A stretch of DNA of 64,000 nucleotides from Octopus sinensis (GCF_006345805.1 NC_043007.1:66340001-66404000), one strand, 5' to 3'. Positions 40,629 to 55,574 are shown, counted from the first letter of the stretch. The notes: generated from the sequence alone by a model not told the origin. Numbers and translations are program-made.

Positions 40629-41755
40629 TACAGGAGTGTCTATGTAGTAAGTAGCTTGCTTAACAACCGTATGCGTGGCACATTGGGCAAGTGTTGTTTT
40701 TTACTATAGCCTCGGGCCGACCAAAGTCTTGTGAATGGATTTTGGTAAACTGAAAGAAGCCCGTCGTATATATATATATATAGATGGCAGAATCCCCAAG
40801 GACATACTCTACGGAGAGCTTGCTAGGGGTACTAGGTCTGTGGGTAGATCGCTCTTACGTTACAAGGATGTTTGCAAAAGAGACATGAAGGTCTGCAACA
40901 TCAATATTAGCGGTTGGGAGGCAGTTGCCAGCAACCGTGGAGACTGGCGACGTACCGTAAGAGAGGGAATACAAAGGAGTGACAGAGAGAGAGCGGAGAA
41001 ATGGAAAGACAAGAAAAGACGTCAACAAGAAACTATGGCATTACAACCAGCCAGGAACAGTCTTCGCTACATTTGCGGTACCTGCCAGAGGGAGTGTTTG
41101 TCCAGGATAGGACTACACAGCCACAGCAGGAAATGTATCAGGACATGAAATGTAAAAGCCGGACTAGACTAGTTTATGCGCAACTCCATTGTCTCCCGAG
41201 ACAAAAAGGATGCCAACCAACATACATATATATATATATATGGTGCTATTAAGTTAGACATGACCTGGGCCAATAATGGCCGAAACCTATCAAAGTATCA
41301 AAGTATATATATATATATATTAGAATTACGGATTAGAAAAACAGCCGACAACTGATGAAGGATCATTCTTTGTGTTGTTTGTCTTGTTTTCCATTTGTTT
41401 CTTTCGTTGTTCGGAAAAAAGTTCATATTCCATGTCCTCATACTTCGTGTTTTTTGTCGTTTACCTTTTGTGATGTCCTGTCCCCACATACGCATTTGTA
41501 TATACGTATACATGTATGTACGTATACGTATGTCTATATGCATATATATTATTTATATTATATGTGTGTGTATGTGTATGCGAGTGTTTTTGTGTCTGTG
41601 TTTGCCCTCCCCACCATCATCACTTGACAACCGATGTTGGTGTGTTTACGTCCCCTTATCTTAGCGGTTCAGCAAAATAGAATTTGTATCGACTGAAGGT
41701 GGTGCTCCAGTATGGCCGCAGTCAAATGGCTGAAGCAAACAAATGAATTAAAGAA
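40629..41755 (+). mobile_element. SINE family A split by insertions in its internal microsatellite (5' half 40629-40770, 3' half ~41570-41755)
   Basis: Both halves are recognisable and flank the RTE fragment. Confidence 0.7.
40783..41222 (+). mobile_element. RTE-clade (BovB-like) LINE 3' fragment
   Basis: DGRIPKDILYGEL...RYKDVCKRDMK...WEAVASNRGDWR, C2H2-like CGTCQRECLSRIGLHSHSRKC, then a short 3' UTR. Confidence 0.88.
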
Positions 41756-42465
41756 TATATATATGTATGTATATATGTATGCATGTTTATATATATAAAT
41801 ATATGTATGTGTGTATGTTTGCATGTATGTACGTATATTATACACACACACACACACACACACACATAAAGTGCATGTACATTAGAGTAAATACATAAGT
41901 GGCTAAAAATCAACGATCACCACCGTATGTTGATTCCTAACACAGTAAAACTAAAGTGTGTGTGTGAGTGTATGTGTGTGTGTGCGTGCTCATACGCCCC
42001 CTCACATACACACAAATGCACACAAGCACACACACACATAGTCATTAGTTCAAATGTGGGAGCAGATTTACTGATCTCCTCTACTGAAACAAAGACATTT
42101 TTGTCCTAATTACATCTAATTAGGTCTAATTACATACAAATATGAAGTTATATATGTAATTGACAATGAAGCAGCTGAACTAAGTCTTCAGCCAACCCAC
42201 AAACCAATAATCATTTTCAATGTGCTTCGGTTTTACGGATCAAGTGTTTATCGTTATTTCTCTTTTTATAACAAACTATTTTTGTTTGACTTACTTTCCG
42301 TCGTTTTCTTCTCTTTCTCTCTTTTTTTTGTTGGTCTCCTCTCATTTCTATCTTTCTTCCAGTCCTTCTCTCTTCTCTGTCTATCTTTTTAAATTTCTTC
42401 CTCTGTCTCTTTATTTCATTCTTGCTTCTACTGTATCTTTTCTCCTCTCTATATATTATATTCTA

Positions 42466-43279
42466 TTGGGTTGTCCGGAAAGTTCGTGCCGATTTTTAAA
42501 GGACAGAAAAAGGTCAATAAATACTTACCATTACATTTTTAATCATCCAAACATGAGCCGTTTTGTTGCACAATGCGTCTCCATCTTTCCTTTAACTTGA
42601 AAATACCTATTTTTTTTACTACCCACAAGGGGCTAAACACAGAGGGGACAAACAAGGACAGACAAACGGATTAAGTCGATTACATCGACCCCAGTGCGTA
42701 ACTGGTACTTAATTTATCGACTCCGAAAGGATGAAAAGCAAATTCGACCTCGGTGGATTTTGAACTCAGAACGTTAAGGCAGACGAAATACGGCTACGCA
42801 TTTCGCCCGACGTGCTAACGTTTCTGCCAGCTCGCCGCCTTATTTTGAAAATTCCCACTTCCCAGAATAAGGTGATTTCATGGCAAAGAATTCATCAAGG
42901 TATCTTTTTAGGTCATCCAAGGAATTGAAATTTTTACCATTAAGACTATTCTGCAGAGACCTGAATAAGTGGAAATCCGAAGGAACAATATCTGGTGAAT
43001 ATGGGAGGGTGGGGTAACACATCTCAGCTGAGCTGCAGCAATTTTTGTCTGGTTCTTAAAGCACCAAGTGCCGAAAATGAACTTTCTTATCATCCATCTT
43101 AAAGGGTTACAAAATTAACACAGATTATAGGAAAATAAACTTTCTTCCACGAAAAGATAGTTTAAACTGTGCTCTAAATGGAGGTGTAGTCAAATCCTAT
43201 TTTATGGATTCAACCATGTTTTAAAATAAGTCGAAAGGTAAGCTACTATAAATCGGCACGAACTTTCCGGACAACCCAA
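42466..43279 (-). mobile_element. Internally deleted mariner (DD34D-type) element
   Basis: Perfect 30-bp TIRs ttgggttgtccggaaagttcgtgccgattt with TA on each side; transposase fragment PYSPDIVPSDFHLFRSLQNSLNGKNF. Confidence 0.93.
42608..42840 (-). mobile_element. SINE family B nested in the mariner
   Basis: Near-consensus copy interrupting the transposase remnant. Confidence 0.9.
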
Positions 43280-43299
43280 TATTATTTTTTTGTTCTTTT

Positions 43300-43495
43300 A
43301 TCTTTTTACTTGTTTCAGTCATTTGACTGCGGTCATGCCTTCAAGGGTGTTTTCGTTGAAAAGATCGGCTTATTCTTTATAAGCCTAGTACGTATTCTAT
43401 CAGCTTCTTTTTCCCAACTGCTAGGTTACGAAGATGTAAACATACCAGCATCGGTGATCAAGCGATGGCGGGGGGACAAACACACACACAAAGAC
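43300..43495 (-). mobile_element. SINE family A, 3' half
   Basis: Family similarity. Confidence 0.75.
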
Positions 43496-43517
43496 ACACG
43501 CTCATAAATATATATAT

Positions 43518-44465
43518 ACTAGCATTAAAGACTCGTCGTTTCCGGGTCATAGTGCTAGTGCATGTATATATGTGTATATATATGTATACATATTACATGT
43601 ACATCTATATATATATACATCTACACATAAAATACAAAATACAAAGTTATATTTTGATATCGCGAGTGATAATACTCAAAATATATAACAGACTGGAATT
43701 GTAAGCCCGTCTCTTGTAATTTCGATCAATTGTATCTTGTCTCCCTCTTGTATAGAAATGTGGCTACAATCCACCCTACCTCTACTTCGGGGGAGGGGGC
43801 ATTTTAAATTTTAAACTTTTTTTCACTCTTTCACACAAAAATAACGTCTGACTCTGACAGCATAATATCAGGTACTCAGTAGAAGCATCTTTCGAGAAAA
43901 CAGACATTACATACAGCCAAACTTCATATAGATACTTAATGCTAGCTAATTAGCAAATAATCTAATGTAAAAGCCACGCACACCTCCATCTGGAATATTC
44001 CATTTCTGCACTTAAATTTTATTTTTTATTTATTCCCATTCATGTGAAACCACTGATTCAAGTTCAAGTCATTGATGCAAATTTATACCAATTGCTATTT
44101 TTATTTTTTTTATTTTACGATTATATTATACTTTAGTTTGATTTTAATTATTACTTACTACATATAATTCAATTGTTATTATTATTTTATTGCTAAAATG
44201 AAAGCATCTGACATAAAATAGAGAAATGCTTTTGTTTCACTTTTAACATGTAATACTGAAATAGTGGAGAAGATATGATATTGCTTTGAGCTCGCTCTAG
44301 GTAAGAAGTTGAACATTCTTTTTGCCGATGACACTCCCCGGACCCTAAGTAAGGCATGTGTAAAATTTGAATGAAATTGGTTGTGTAGTTCTCTAGTTTT
44401 AGGGAAACACACAGACAGACAGACACACACACACACATTCTCAGTTTTATATATATATATATAGA
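43518..44465 (+). mobile_element. Possible non-autonomous Helentron/DINE-1-like element
   Basis: Starts actagc with a degenerate hairpin; ends aaatttgaatgaaattggttg...(acag)n...attctcagttttatatatatagat. This resembles such elements from memory. Confidence 0.45.
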
Positions 44466-44547
44466 TAATACCATAGCTCCTGGCATTTAACATCAAGCAT
44501 ATATTAAATATCTGATATTGATATTGATAATCCCCATATATATATAT

Positions 44548-45110
44548 ATATTCTTTTGTTTGTTTCAGTCATCTGACTGCGGCCATGCTGGGGCACCGCC
44601 TTTAGTCGAATAAATCGACCCCAGGGCTTATTCTTTGTAAGCCTATAACTTATTCTATCGGTTTATTTTGCCCAACCGCTATGTTACGGGGAGGTAAACA
44701 CACCAGCATAATTGGGGGGGGGGGACAAACAGACACACAAATATACACAAACACACACATGCATACACACATATACATTTATGTATATATATACATATAT
44801 ACGGCGGGCTTCTTTCAGTTTCTCTCTACCAAATCCACTCACAAGGCTTTGGTCACCCTGACGCTATAGTAGAAAACACCTGCCCAAATTGCCACGCAGT
44901 GGGACTGAACCCGGAACTATGTGGTTGGTAAGCAAGCTACTTACTACGCAGCCACTCCACGACGGGCTTCTTTTAGACTCCATCTACTTAATCCACTTGC
45001 AAGGCTTTGATCGGTTCGAAGCTACGGTAGAAGACACATGCTCAGAGTGGTACTGAACCCGGAACCAAGTGTTTGGGAAGCAAACTTCTTACCACACAGC
45101 TACGCCTGCA
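44548..45110 (-). mobile_element. SINE family A (full copy plus adjacent 5' half)
   Basis: Family similarity. Confidence 0.85.
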
Positions 45111-45134
45111 CCAATTAGCATCTCATTAATATCT

Positions 45135-45478
45135 TAATATTGGTTTCAAATTTTGGTATAATGTCAGCACTTTTGAGGGAGTGTTCATTCGGTTACATCG
45201 ACACCAGTGCGTAACTGGTACTTATTTTATCGATCTCGGCGGAATTCAAAATTAGAACATAAAGACAGACGAAATACCTATTTCTTTACTGCCCACAGAG
45301 GGGCAAACAAGGACAGACAAACGGATTAAGTCGATTATATCGGCCCCAGTGCGTAACTGGTACTTCTTTAATCGACCCCGAAATATGAAAGGCAAAGTCG
45401 ACCTCGGCGGAATTTGAACTCAGACGAAATACCGCTAGGCACTTTGTCCAGCGTGCTAACGATTCTACCGGCTGCCAT
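45135..45478 (-). mobile_element. SINE family B, two stacked copies
   Basis: Repeated ccccagtgcgtaactggtac segments. Confidence 0.82.
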
Positions 45479-45481
45479 AAT

Positions 45482-45745
45482 TGTGAGGTTAAAAAGATTG
45501 CTTTGCAGCCAAGTGGTTTCGTGTTCAGTATCACTGCGCGTCACCTTTGAGTAAGTGTCTTTCACTGTAGCCCCGAGTCGATCAATGCTTTGTGAGTGAA
45601 TCTGGTAAAGGAAGCTGGGTGGAAACGCGTCGTATATATATATATATATGTCTGTCTGTGTATGTGTGCACCAGTGTGTTCGAGTGTGCATGCGTGTGAG
45701 TGTGTTTGTCCAGTTCCACCAAACACTGTTTGACAACCGGTACCC
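45482..45745 (+). mobile_element. Diverged SINE family A copy
   Basis: Family similarity. Confidence 0.7.
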
Positions 45746-46128
45746 GTTTGATTAAGTCGGCAAACGTTAGCTCGTACCATCCCTGAAAAATATCGCCTGA
45801 AATCAGACGCGAAGGACTGGCTTCACCAGCTTTAAAAACTGTCCATGAAACGTCATATTTTACGATGGCGCCACTCCGGCTCCATCTGTTTTTTTGAAAA
45901 TGTGATATTATTTTGATTATTTTCGCTATCTTTTCTCTTTTCTTTTTGTCTTTTATAAAATTTCCTCTGCCTATTATGTACTTTTATCATCCTTTTGACG
46001 GCAGGTCAACTCGATTCTCGAATGACCCGCAACTATGCAACAACAGCAACAAACAGCATCAATTCATACACTCCCTCCTGTTCGTCTGTCTGTCTCTCTA
46101 TTTCTCTCACTCCCTCTCTCTCCACCTT

Positions 46129-46165
<37 letters not shown>

Positions 46166-46719
46166 CTATCTATTAATCTGTCAGTCTTTTTGTCTGTCTG
46201 TCTTCTCGCTTTTCCTCTCTCCTTTAACCTCTTCTTCCCTATCTCCTTCTTCTCTCCCTCCTTCCCACCCTCACCCTCTTCCCTTCTTTCCCCATCTCAC
46301 CATCTCTCCAACGCTCTGCTCTCCACCTCCCTATCCCCCTCGTTTTCTCCTCCTTCCTCTCCATGCTTGCTTGAACAGCAACAGATGGTGTTTAATGTAG
46401 CTGTCCTCATAAGAAAGGTAGAGAACATCTCTGTCAGAATCACATTAAAATGACAAAATAAATAAATAAATAACCAGAAAACAAGCTAAAATGCGATGAT
46501 TCAGACCCACATTGTAATCCCTCCACAGAAGAACCTACACGACCCCACGCCTCAGTAAACAGACTCGCCCTATGCACTTCAATACAGAAAAAGACACGTG
46601 TGTGGGTGCGTGTGTGCATATATATATATATATACACGTACATAATGTATATATATGCATATTATCTGTGCGTTCTTAAACACCGGACGAGCACTAGGCG
46701 TATATATATTATATATGTA

Positions 46720-46767
<48 letters not shown>

Positions 46768-48530
46768 CGCACGTATGTATATATACATATATATATTTGG
46801 GCTCGCACGCGCAAACACACATGCGTACAGTGAACAGTCACACGAATCAACCCTCTTTATTCATGGACCATATGTAGAGATAAATATTTTGAACACTGAA
46901 AACGAATAAGCGCAGTACATTTAGAAATCTGTATAGTGACCTAGTGGTTAGGATGTTGCACTCTAGAGCGCAAGATCGTGCGTTCGATTCCTGGGCAAAA
47001 CAGTACAATGTGTTCTTGAGAATTACAACTCATCTCACGTTGCTCCGCGATCACTTCGAAATTTGATGAGTAACACATCATGCACCTGATCAGGCAATGT
47101 CAATTTGAAAGAAGTAGCGAGCTTATGTGCAGCACAACCCCAATAAACAAATCATCTGTGTTGGTTTTCCAGCAAGAAATTGCTAAATATGTATATATGT
47201 ACAAATACAAATATAGATATACGAATGACATACTTGTGATATACTTACACACACATATATCGATATACATATTTGTATGTATGTATATATATATATATAT
47301 ATATATTTTGTGTGTGTATATATATACATATAGATATGCATGCGCGCGCGCACACATATATACACAAACACATACACGCTCAAACATTCGCAGCCAAATA
47401 TATATATATATATGATTATGTGTGTGTCTGTGCGTCTATGTGTGTGTGTCTGTGTGTATGGGTGTATGTGTGTTCGTGTGTACACGGTGGGCTTCCTTCA
47501 GTTTCCCTGTACCAAATACAAACGCAAAGCTCTGGTTGGTTCGCAGCTGACACCAAAGTGGCAACGCAGTGGAACTAACCTCGGAACTATGTTGTTGAGA
47601 AGAGAACTCTTTATGACATAATCACACACACACATGTATGTATTTATGTATGTATGTATGTATGTATGTGTGTATATTTGTATGTATGTATGTATGTATG
47701 TTTGTGTGTGTATGTATAGCGTTGACATGCTTATATGTATCTCGAAATCCAGTATATATGTATATAATTTCTACTTCTGATATTAATGCTTTGACTTAAG
47801 CACCAGTCTAGTACTAGAGTCAATGTTATAGACTAATCCCCTTCCCCTAAAATTTGGAGCCTTGGGTCTATAGCAGAAAGGATTGTTGCAAAGCATAAAT
47901 CGGCGAAATGGATGAATTTTCAGGTCGTCGGAAAAATGCCGCGCGACATATATTCTGGATGTTTTCGTTCTGAGTTCGAATTCTACTAAGCTCAAATTCA
48001 CTTTTCTTCCTCTTAACGTGCATAAAATAAAGTACTGCGATCAAAGGTATTGACTTACCACTTCCCCTCAAAATTTCAAGCCTTGTGCCAATCTTAGAAA
48101 CTATTATCACATAGACTTTAAGGCAAGAAGTGGGTTTTTTTTTTTTTCATAGCGGCTGCATTAAAAAAGTGAAAATTAAAATTTGTGCAGTTGAAGAATC
48201 AGAAATAAATCAGAGAACATTCTCCATGGAAAATAATTCCTCTCTTCTTTGTGTTCGATGCATTTGTGACAGAGTTGTAGAATGTTAGAAATAGCGAAGT
48301 GACAGACAAAAATGCCTTTTGGCGACCTATAATTACATACTGAATTCTAGATGTTGATGTCTACCTCATTGACATAAACTAGTATCAAAGGATCGCAAAT
48401 ACTTTAGGTAACACTGATCGTACTTCCTGAACCCTAAGCATTAGCAAAAATAACTCTCCAGTTTAATTGATTATTCTATATGCTGCATATATTTGTATTT
48501 TCTTTCCGAACTTAGAATTAAGTTTATACT

Positions 48531-48928
48531 CTTTTACTCTTTTACTTGTTTCAGTCATTTGACTGTGGCCATGCTGGAGCACCGCCTTTAGTCGAGCAAA
48601 TCAACCCCAGGAATTATTCTTTGTAAGCCTAGTACTTATTCTATCGGCCTCTTTTGCCGAACCGCTAAGTTACAGGGACGTAAACACACCAGCATCGGTT
48701 GTCAAGCGATGTTGGGGGGACAAACACAGACACACAAACTTATACACACACACATATATATACATATATACAACGGGCTTTTTTTTTTAGTTTCCGTCTA
48801 CCAAATCCACTCACAAGACTTTGGTCGGCTCGAGGCTATAGTAGAAGACACTTGCCCAAAGTGCCATGCAGTAGGACTGAACCCAGAACCATATGGTTGG
48901 TAAGCAAGCTACTTACCACACAGCCTTT
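48531..48928 (-). mobile_element. SINE family A
   Basis: Near-consensus in both halves. Confidence 0.9.
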
Positions 48929-50024
48929 CCTACACCTATATTTATTCTCTAAACATATGCTATTATGTTTAAAAGTCAGAGAAAGTTTTAAACCATCTCA
49001 ATTTACCTTCTGTCTCTTATCACACACAGAGTAACACTATCCCTAGCTTAAACCCAATATCAAACTCAACTGTTAAGGAAACATATTATAGTCTTCTGAC
49101 AATGTTACTGATTTAAACGCTGCTGTGTTTAGTAAAAATTAACAGTAGGATAACAAAGGTGAGAGTTTTTAACATATAGCAAGGATTTCTTTGATTATTC
49201 AAAATAGATTTCAAATTTTGGCACATGTCATTCAAAATAGTTTCAAACAAAGCTTATTAAACAGATTTATTCTGAACTTTTGTGTGAAAGATTTATATTA
49301 CCGATTATCTGATTCAATGTACTGCAATAGTCATCTCGAGTATAGAATAAAAACAAAAACAAGAAAGAGCGGACACTTATACGTTTTAAGCGTGGGTTTT
49401 AAACTCTACTCCCTATAGATGTTTATCATGTCCTTAAAAATAGATAAAACACATTTTTGGTTTGAACAACAAAAGTTTATAATTTGAAAGCAGGATATTT
49501 TGACTTTTTTAAAACAATATAAGATGTACTTTAACAACACAAAAATATGGAATCTCAATCGAATGCTTTATAAATGTATTTATATATTAATTGCATGAGG
49601 AAGGAACACAAATATTTTGTAATAACTGTATTAGTATTTTTAAATAATGCAAGTTAATGCATTTTTTAATAATGAGTTTTGTTTTCTGTTGTTTCATATC
49701 ATCATAATTAGAAAAATCGTGATTAGAAATGCATACAAAACATATTTATAAACTTTAAATGCATACAAAATATTTTTCTATACAAATAAGATCTTTTATA
49801 TTTGGAAACAAATATTTAGAGAAAAATATAAAACAGCGGAAAAAACCCTGCTTTTAATCAATTTTTGATTAAATAACTTTGTCGATAGTTGCTGAATCCC
49901 TGGTACTCAATGCGTATATATCTGAAGACGGATTTTCTTTTTAAGCAGAATCAAAAATTTTTGCGGCGAGTGTAAAATATTCATACTTAAGCAAGTATCA
50001 AAAGCATAACTTCGTTGCACCAAA

Positions 50025-50475
50025 CGACTATGAAATATTGATTTCGAAGTTTGGCACAAGGTCAGCTAGTTCGCGGGAGGGAGTAAGTCGTTGCATCAAC
50101 CCTAGTGATCAACTGGTACTTATTTTACCGAACCCGAAATCATGAAGGTCAGAGTCGACCACGGCGGAATTTGAACACGGAGAGTAAAGACGAATGAAAT
50201 GACGCTAAGCATTTTGCTCGGCGTGCTAATGATTCTGCCAGCTCGCTGCCCTATTTCCATATATAATATTGGTTTCAAATTTTGATACAAAGTTAACCAT
50301 TTTGGGGAAGGGCAAGTCGATTGCATCGACTCCAATGATCAACTGGCACTTATTTTATCGACCTCGAAGGGATAAAATGCGAAGTCAACCACAGCGGAAT
50401 TTGAATTCGAAACGTAAAGACTGAAAAAATGCCGCTACGCATTTCGTCCGGCGTGCTAAGGGTTCTGCCAACTCG
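50025..50475 (-). mobile_element. SINE family B, two tandem copies
   Basis: Two heads (~50245 and ~50475). Confidence 0.82.
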
Positions 50476-50600
50476 CTACCTTAAATGATTTTGTAATATT
50501 GAAAAAATTGTAGAATTAAAAGAGAAAGATTGGTAGAAGAAATGTTTGAAGACTAGTGTAAACAAGGAGAAGAGGAAATCATTGCTATATATCTAAAGGC

Positions 50601-50868
50601 ATGTCCGGTAAGATCACCGTCATCAATTCACCGCAGGGAAAGTTCACCGTCATCAATTTACTGTTTGTTTTTTCTTTTCAATAAAATAATTTTTAACTAT
50701 TAGGCGTAGGAGTGGCTGTGTGGTAAGTAGCTTGCTTACCAACTACATAGTTCTGGGTTCAGTTCCACTGCGTGGCACCTCAGGCAAGTGTCTTCTACTA
50801 TTCTACCATAGCCTCGGGCCGACCAAAGCCTTGTGAGTGGATTTGGTTGACAGAAACTGAAAGAAGCC

Positions 50869-50938
<70 letters not shown>

Positions 50939-51345
50939 ATATATGTATGTATGTATATGTATATATGTATGTATGTGTGTGTATATGTTTGTGTGTCCGT
51001 GTTTGTCCCCCCAACATTTTTTGGCAACCGATGCTGGTGTGTTTATGTCCTCGTAACTTAGTGGTTCGGCGAAAGAGACCGATAGAATAATTACTAGGCT
51101 TACAAAGAATAAGTCCTGGGGGCGATTTGCTCGACCTAAAGGCGGTGCTCCAGCATGGCCACAGTCAAACGACTGAAACAAGTAAAAGAGTAAAAGAGTA
51201 TTAATGATGAGATACTATGCATATATTCTCTCGGGAAACTTTCCTGGCGTTGAACTTTCCGCACAGTGAACTTTCTTCACGGTGAAATGATGACATTGAA
51301 CTTTCCCTACAGTGAATTGATGGCGGTGAACTTCCCAGTAATCAT
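50601..51345. mobile_element. MITE-like element with internally repetitive TIRs, interrupted by a SINE
   Basis: Left end atgtccggtaagatcaccgtcatcaattcaccgcagggaaagttca matches the reverse complement of the right end at ~51297-51345. Confidence 0.7.
50701..51199 (+). mobile_element. SINE family A nested in the MITE
   Basis: Near-consensus copy. Confidence 0.9.
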
Positions 51346-51670
51346 ATAAAAGGGATAAGTGCAAGTTATTTAAACCACATTAAACAAACTTTCATTTTAC
51401 ATCCAAAGCAGTATGGAACTGCATTTACTGTGAAATATTGTTATTTTATCTTGCTTCAGTGATTGCACGGCAGCCATGCAGGGACACCATCTTCGCGGGT
51501 TTACTCGAAAAAATGGACTCCACTGCCATTTTAAAATCTGGTACTTATTCTGCTGCTCTCATTTGCCGTAACGCTTCAATACTGGTTGTCAAATACTTGA
51601 GCCACGCACACACACACACACACGGACGCACATACACCCCACCCCCGCTCACACACATATATATGTAGTT

Positions 51671-51898
51671 AGGCGGCGAGCTGGCAGAAACGTTAGCACG
51701 CCGGGCGAAATGCGTAGCCGTATTTCGTCTGCCGCTACGTTCTGAGTTCAAATCCCGCCGAGGTCGACTTTGCCTTTCATCCTTACGGGGTCGATAAATT
51801 AAGTACCAGTTACGCACTGGGGTCGATGTAATCGACTTAATTCGCTTGTCTGTCCTTGTTTGTCCCCTCTATGTTTAGCCCCTTGTGGGTAATAAAGA
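51671..51898 (+). mobile_element. SINE family B, full length
   Basis: ggcggcgagctggcagaaacgttagcacgccgggcg...gagttcaaatccc (B-box-like). Confidence 0.9.
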
Positions 51899-52785
51899 CA
51901 CACATATATATGTAGTTAATTCAAAAAACATTTTTAAAAAGCAGGGAAAAAACGAAAAAAGAAAAATCAAATAAATATGAGGACGTAGCACAAGCAAAGT
52001 ATTAATATGATGTTCGAGGAAAGAAAAGAATATTTGTTTTATGTTTCGGCCATAGCTCTCCTTCGGAAACAAGAAAAACAGGAAAGTCCAAAGGGAAGCA
52101 GGAAGAAGCAGAGGAAAAATCGCCAAAAATCCAAGTGTGGTTGCATTTTAGAAGTGACCGGAAGTAGGACAAAAAGTGCTTGTGTGTATGTGTGTGTGGT
52201 GGGGGGGGGGGTAGCGTGTGTATGCATGGTAGCGTATGTGTGTGTGGCAGTAACTGCGTGTGTGTGGGGGGGGGGCGTGGTAGCGTGGGTGTATGTGGTG
52301 GTAACTGTGTGGGGGTATTAAATGTTTGTATGTGTTTGTGTGAGTAGTATATGTGATGTGTGCATGTGGACGGATCCGTGTGTATGTGTTTTCACGTCGT
52401 TCTCATAAGTCAGGAGCTATAGTAACGGGTGTGTGAACGGGTAGATGTGACAGTGTGTGTGTGAGTGCATGTATGTTTTGATGGAAAGGACAATAAGTCA
52501 GAGGCAGTCTCTGAAGGGTGTGTGAGAGGCAGTCTGAAGCAGTCTGGAGGGTGTGTGAATAGATGGGTGTGGCTGTGTGTGTGTGTGTATGTATTGGCAT
52601 GTGTGCATAGACAGAGTGGGAATGTGTACATGTGTGTGTGCGCACACGTGTATTGGTGTGTGTGTCTCTGTGTGAGTCACTCTATCTCTCTGTCTCTCTC
52701 TCCCTCTCTCTCCGTATATATGTGTGTGTACGTGTGAGTACGTGTGTGCGTGTGGGGATGTGTGTGTCTATTTGCGTGTGAGTAA

Positions 52786-52822
<37 letters not shown>

Positions 52823-53094
52823 ATTGGCTCCCATGCAATCGACCCAGATTATAGTGTGAAACACTTGCCCAGAAGATCCGCGCAGGAGTGTGATTTCGAA
52901 ACCACGAGGTGACAAAGTAAGCACCTTTTGTTGATTATTTCCAAATGCGTGTTTACCGCCGTCGTCTTCATATATTGGACGATTTTACTTCGCCTACGTC
53001 GGAAGCATACTGTGTTATTTAACACTATACATCTTTAAAACAACCTGTACCTTGTAAAAAACCGCAGCTCCTGTCTTTTAAACAGCATGGATAC

Positions 53095-53370
53095 ATTTTT
53101 TTTTGTTCCTTCTCGAGCTATGCCTGGCTCATAAGGGCCGGTTTCCCGGTTTCCTTGACGCATAGGTTCCCCACCCTGCAAGATGTAGGAGGAAAGAGTG
53201 AGAGAAAGTTGTGGAGAAAGAGTCAGCAGAAGTTCGCCATTACCTTCTGCCGGAGCCGTGAGGAGCTTAGGTGCTTTGCTCATAAATACACACATCGCCC
53301 GGTCTGAGATTCGAACCCGCGATCCCTCGACCGCGAGTCCGCTGCTCTAACCACTAGGCCATGTGCCTCC
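53095..53370 (-). mobile_element. tRNA-derived SINE, family C
   Basis: Head ggaggcacatggcctagtggttagagcagcggactcgcggtcg...gggttcgaatc with A and B boxes; non-tRNA body. Confidence 0.85.
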
Positions 53371-53424
53371 ACATGCATACATTATGTATGTGATATTAAT
53401 AACTATAAGGGTAATTAAGACGGC

Positions 53425-53575
53425 CACCTGGCAGAATCGTTAGCACGAGGGGCTAAATGCCTAGCAGCATTTCGTTCAATTCCGCCGAATGTTTGATAAA
53501 ATAAGAACCAGTTGATTTACACTCTACTCCAAAATTGCTGGCCTTGTGCCAAAAGTTGAAACCCATAATTATAGG
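53425..53575 (+). mobile_element. Internally deleted SINE family B
   Basis: Head and tail recognisable. Confidence 0.7.
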
Positions 53576-53854
53576 AGTATTTTTCCAATTTTGTTTGTTT
53601 TTGTTTGTTTTTTTTGCTATAAATCCAAACTTTCAGAAGATAAGATAGCAACCGCAGCACTTCAAGTTTCCCTATTAGCCTGTTCTATATAGACTGTATT
53701 TATACACCAGAGAAACAACAAAAAAAAACTACGAAACAGGTACGGATCGTGTCTGAGGAGCAGCAGATGAAGAAGCTTGGAAAACACTGCTTACAGACGA
53801 AGAGAATCAAAATCACCTTACTCATGAACATTGATAATCATCTTTGAGTGTCAA

Positions 53855-53975
<121 letters not shown>

Positions 53976-54442
53976 TATTATTATTATTATATTCTCCTTC
54001 TCCTTCTTTTTCTTCTTCTTTCCCTCTTCTACCCCTGTATTCTCATTCCCTCCCCATTACGCCTTCATCTTACTATTGAAGGAGTTTTTTTTTTCCTTTC
54101 CATTGTTTGTTTCTTAACCATTCTTAGCCTTTCATCTTTTCAACATTCATCTCATCCCCGTCCCCAACACACATATATATACACTTTCTCTTACCAAATC
54201 CATCATCCTTTATTTTATTTTCCCTCCTACACACAAGCTGCACACTATATGCACATTGTAAGGTCTCCAACATTTCAACAGCATTCCCACAACTCCCCAC
54301 CCCACTAAATATGCTGGGCAGACCAGTAATCTTATCATCTGGTCACTATTTTTATATATATATGTACGTATGTATGTTTCTATGTTTGGATGCATATACG
54401 CATGAATACATGTATGTATAAGTGTACATATATATTGTGTAC

Positions 54443-54509
<67 letters not shown>

Positions 54510-54512
54510 AAC

Positions 54513-54545
<33 letters not shown>

Positions 54546-54826
54546 TATATATGTGTGTGTGTGTGTGTATACATATTAGGAGGCAAAAAAATCTTACATT
54601 CACTGACTGACCCATTTCACTTCGAGCGCTCGAACTATTGCGTATTGGCGTCCACCGTGAAACGAAACTTTTTGTCTCTATCAGCCTCTGTCTGTCTGTC
54701 TGTCTGTCTGTAAGTATTTATGTATGTATGTATGTATATGTGTGCATATATAGATGCATGTATAGATGTATGCATGTTACTATAAATGTGGATATAGATA
54801 TATATATATGTATATATGTATGTATA

Positions 54827-54892
<66 letters not shown>

Positions 54893-54918
54893 ATATAATA
54901 TACATACACACATATATA

Positions 54919-54957
<39 letters not shown>

Positions 54958-55335
54958 GCATGTATGCATGTCTGTATGCATATATCTATGTATATGTCTA
55001 TGTGTATATATGTATGCCTTGCTTTGTTGTTTTTGTTTTTTATAGCCTTGATATTGTTTAGCCATTGGACTGCGGACAAGTAGGAACATCAAATTCAAAT
55101 ATTTAATCAATCATTTCGACCTAAGTATTTAATGTGACCCTATAGTATTCTGATTTCTATTTTTTTTAATAGAACAAGTTACAGAGTTACAAGGAGATGC
55201 ATATGTGCTTCTTCACCTGTGTGAGAATATATGTTTATACGTATATATATATATACACACACACACATATATATAATATATATATATACATATAGGTATG
55301 TATGTATATATATATATATACATTATATATATGTG

Positions 55336-55396
<61 letters not shown>

Positions 55397-55574
55397 TTGT
55401 GTATATATATATATATATAGATATATATATATAATATATATATATATTATATATATTATAATATATATATATGTGGTGTGTGTGTGTGTTATATATATGT
55501 ATTCGCCATGATAGATCGTTAGCCACTAGAACATATTTTTCTCTCTTTGTTTCTCTCCTTGTTTTTCTGTGTCC

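Noticed and set aside
41250-41480. ggcc-aataat-ggccGAAAC and a separate CTGATGA
   Set aside because: The two halves are in an order and spacing that give no coherent hammerhead.
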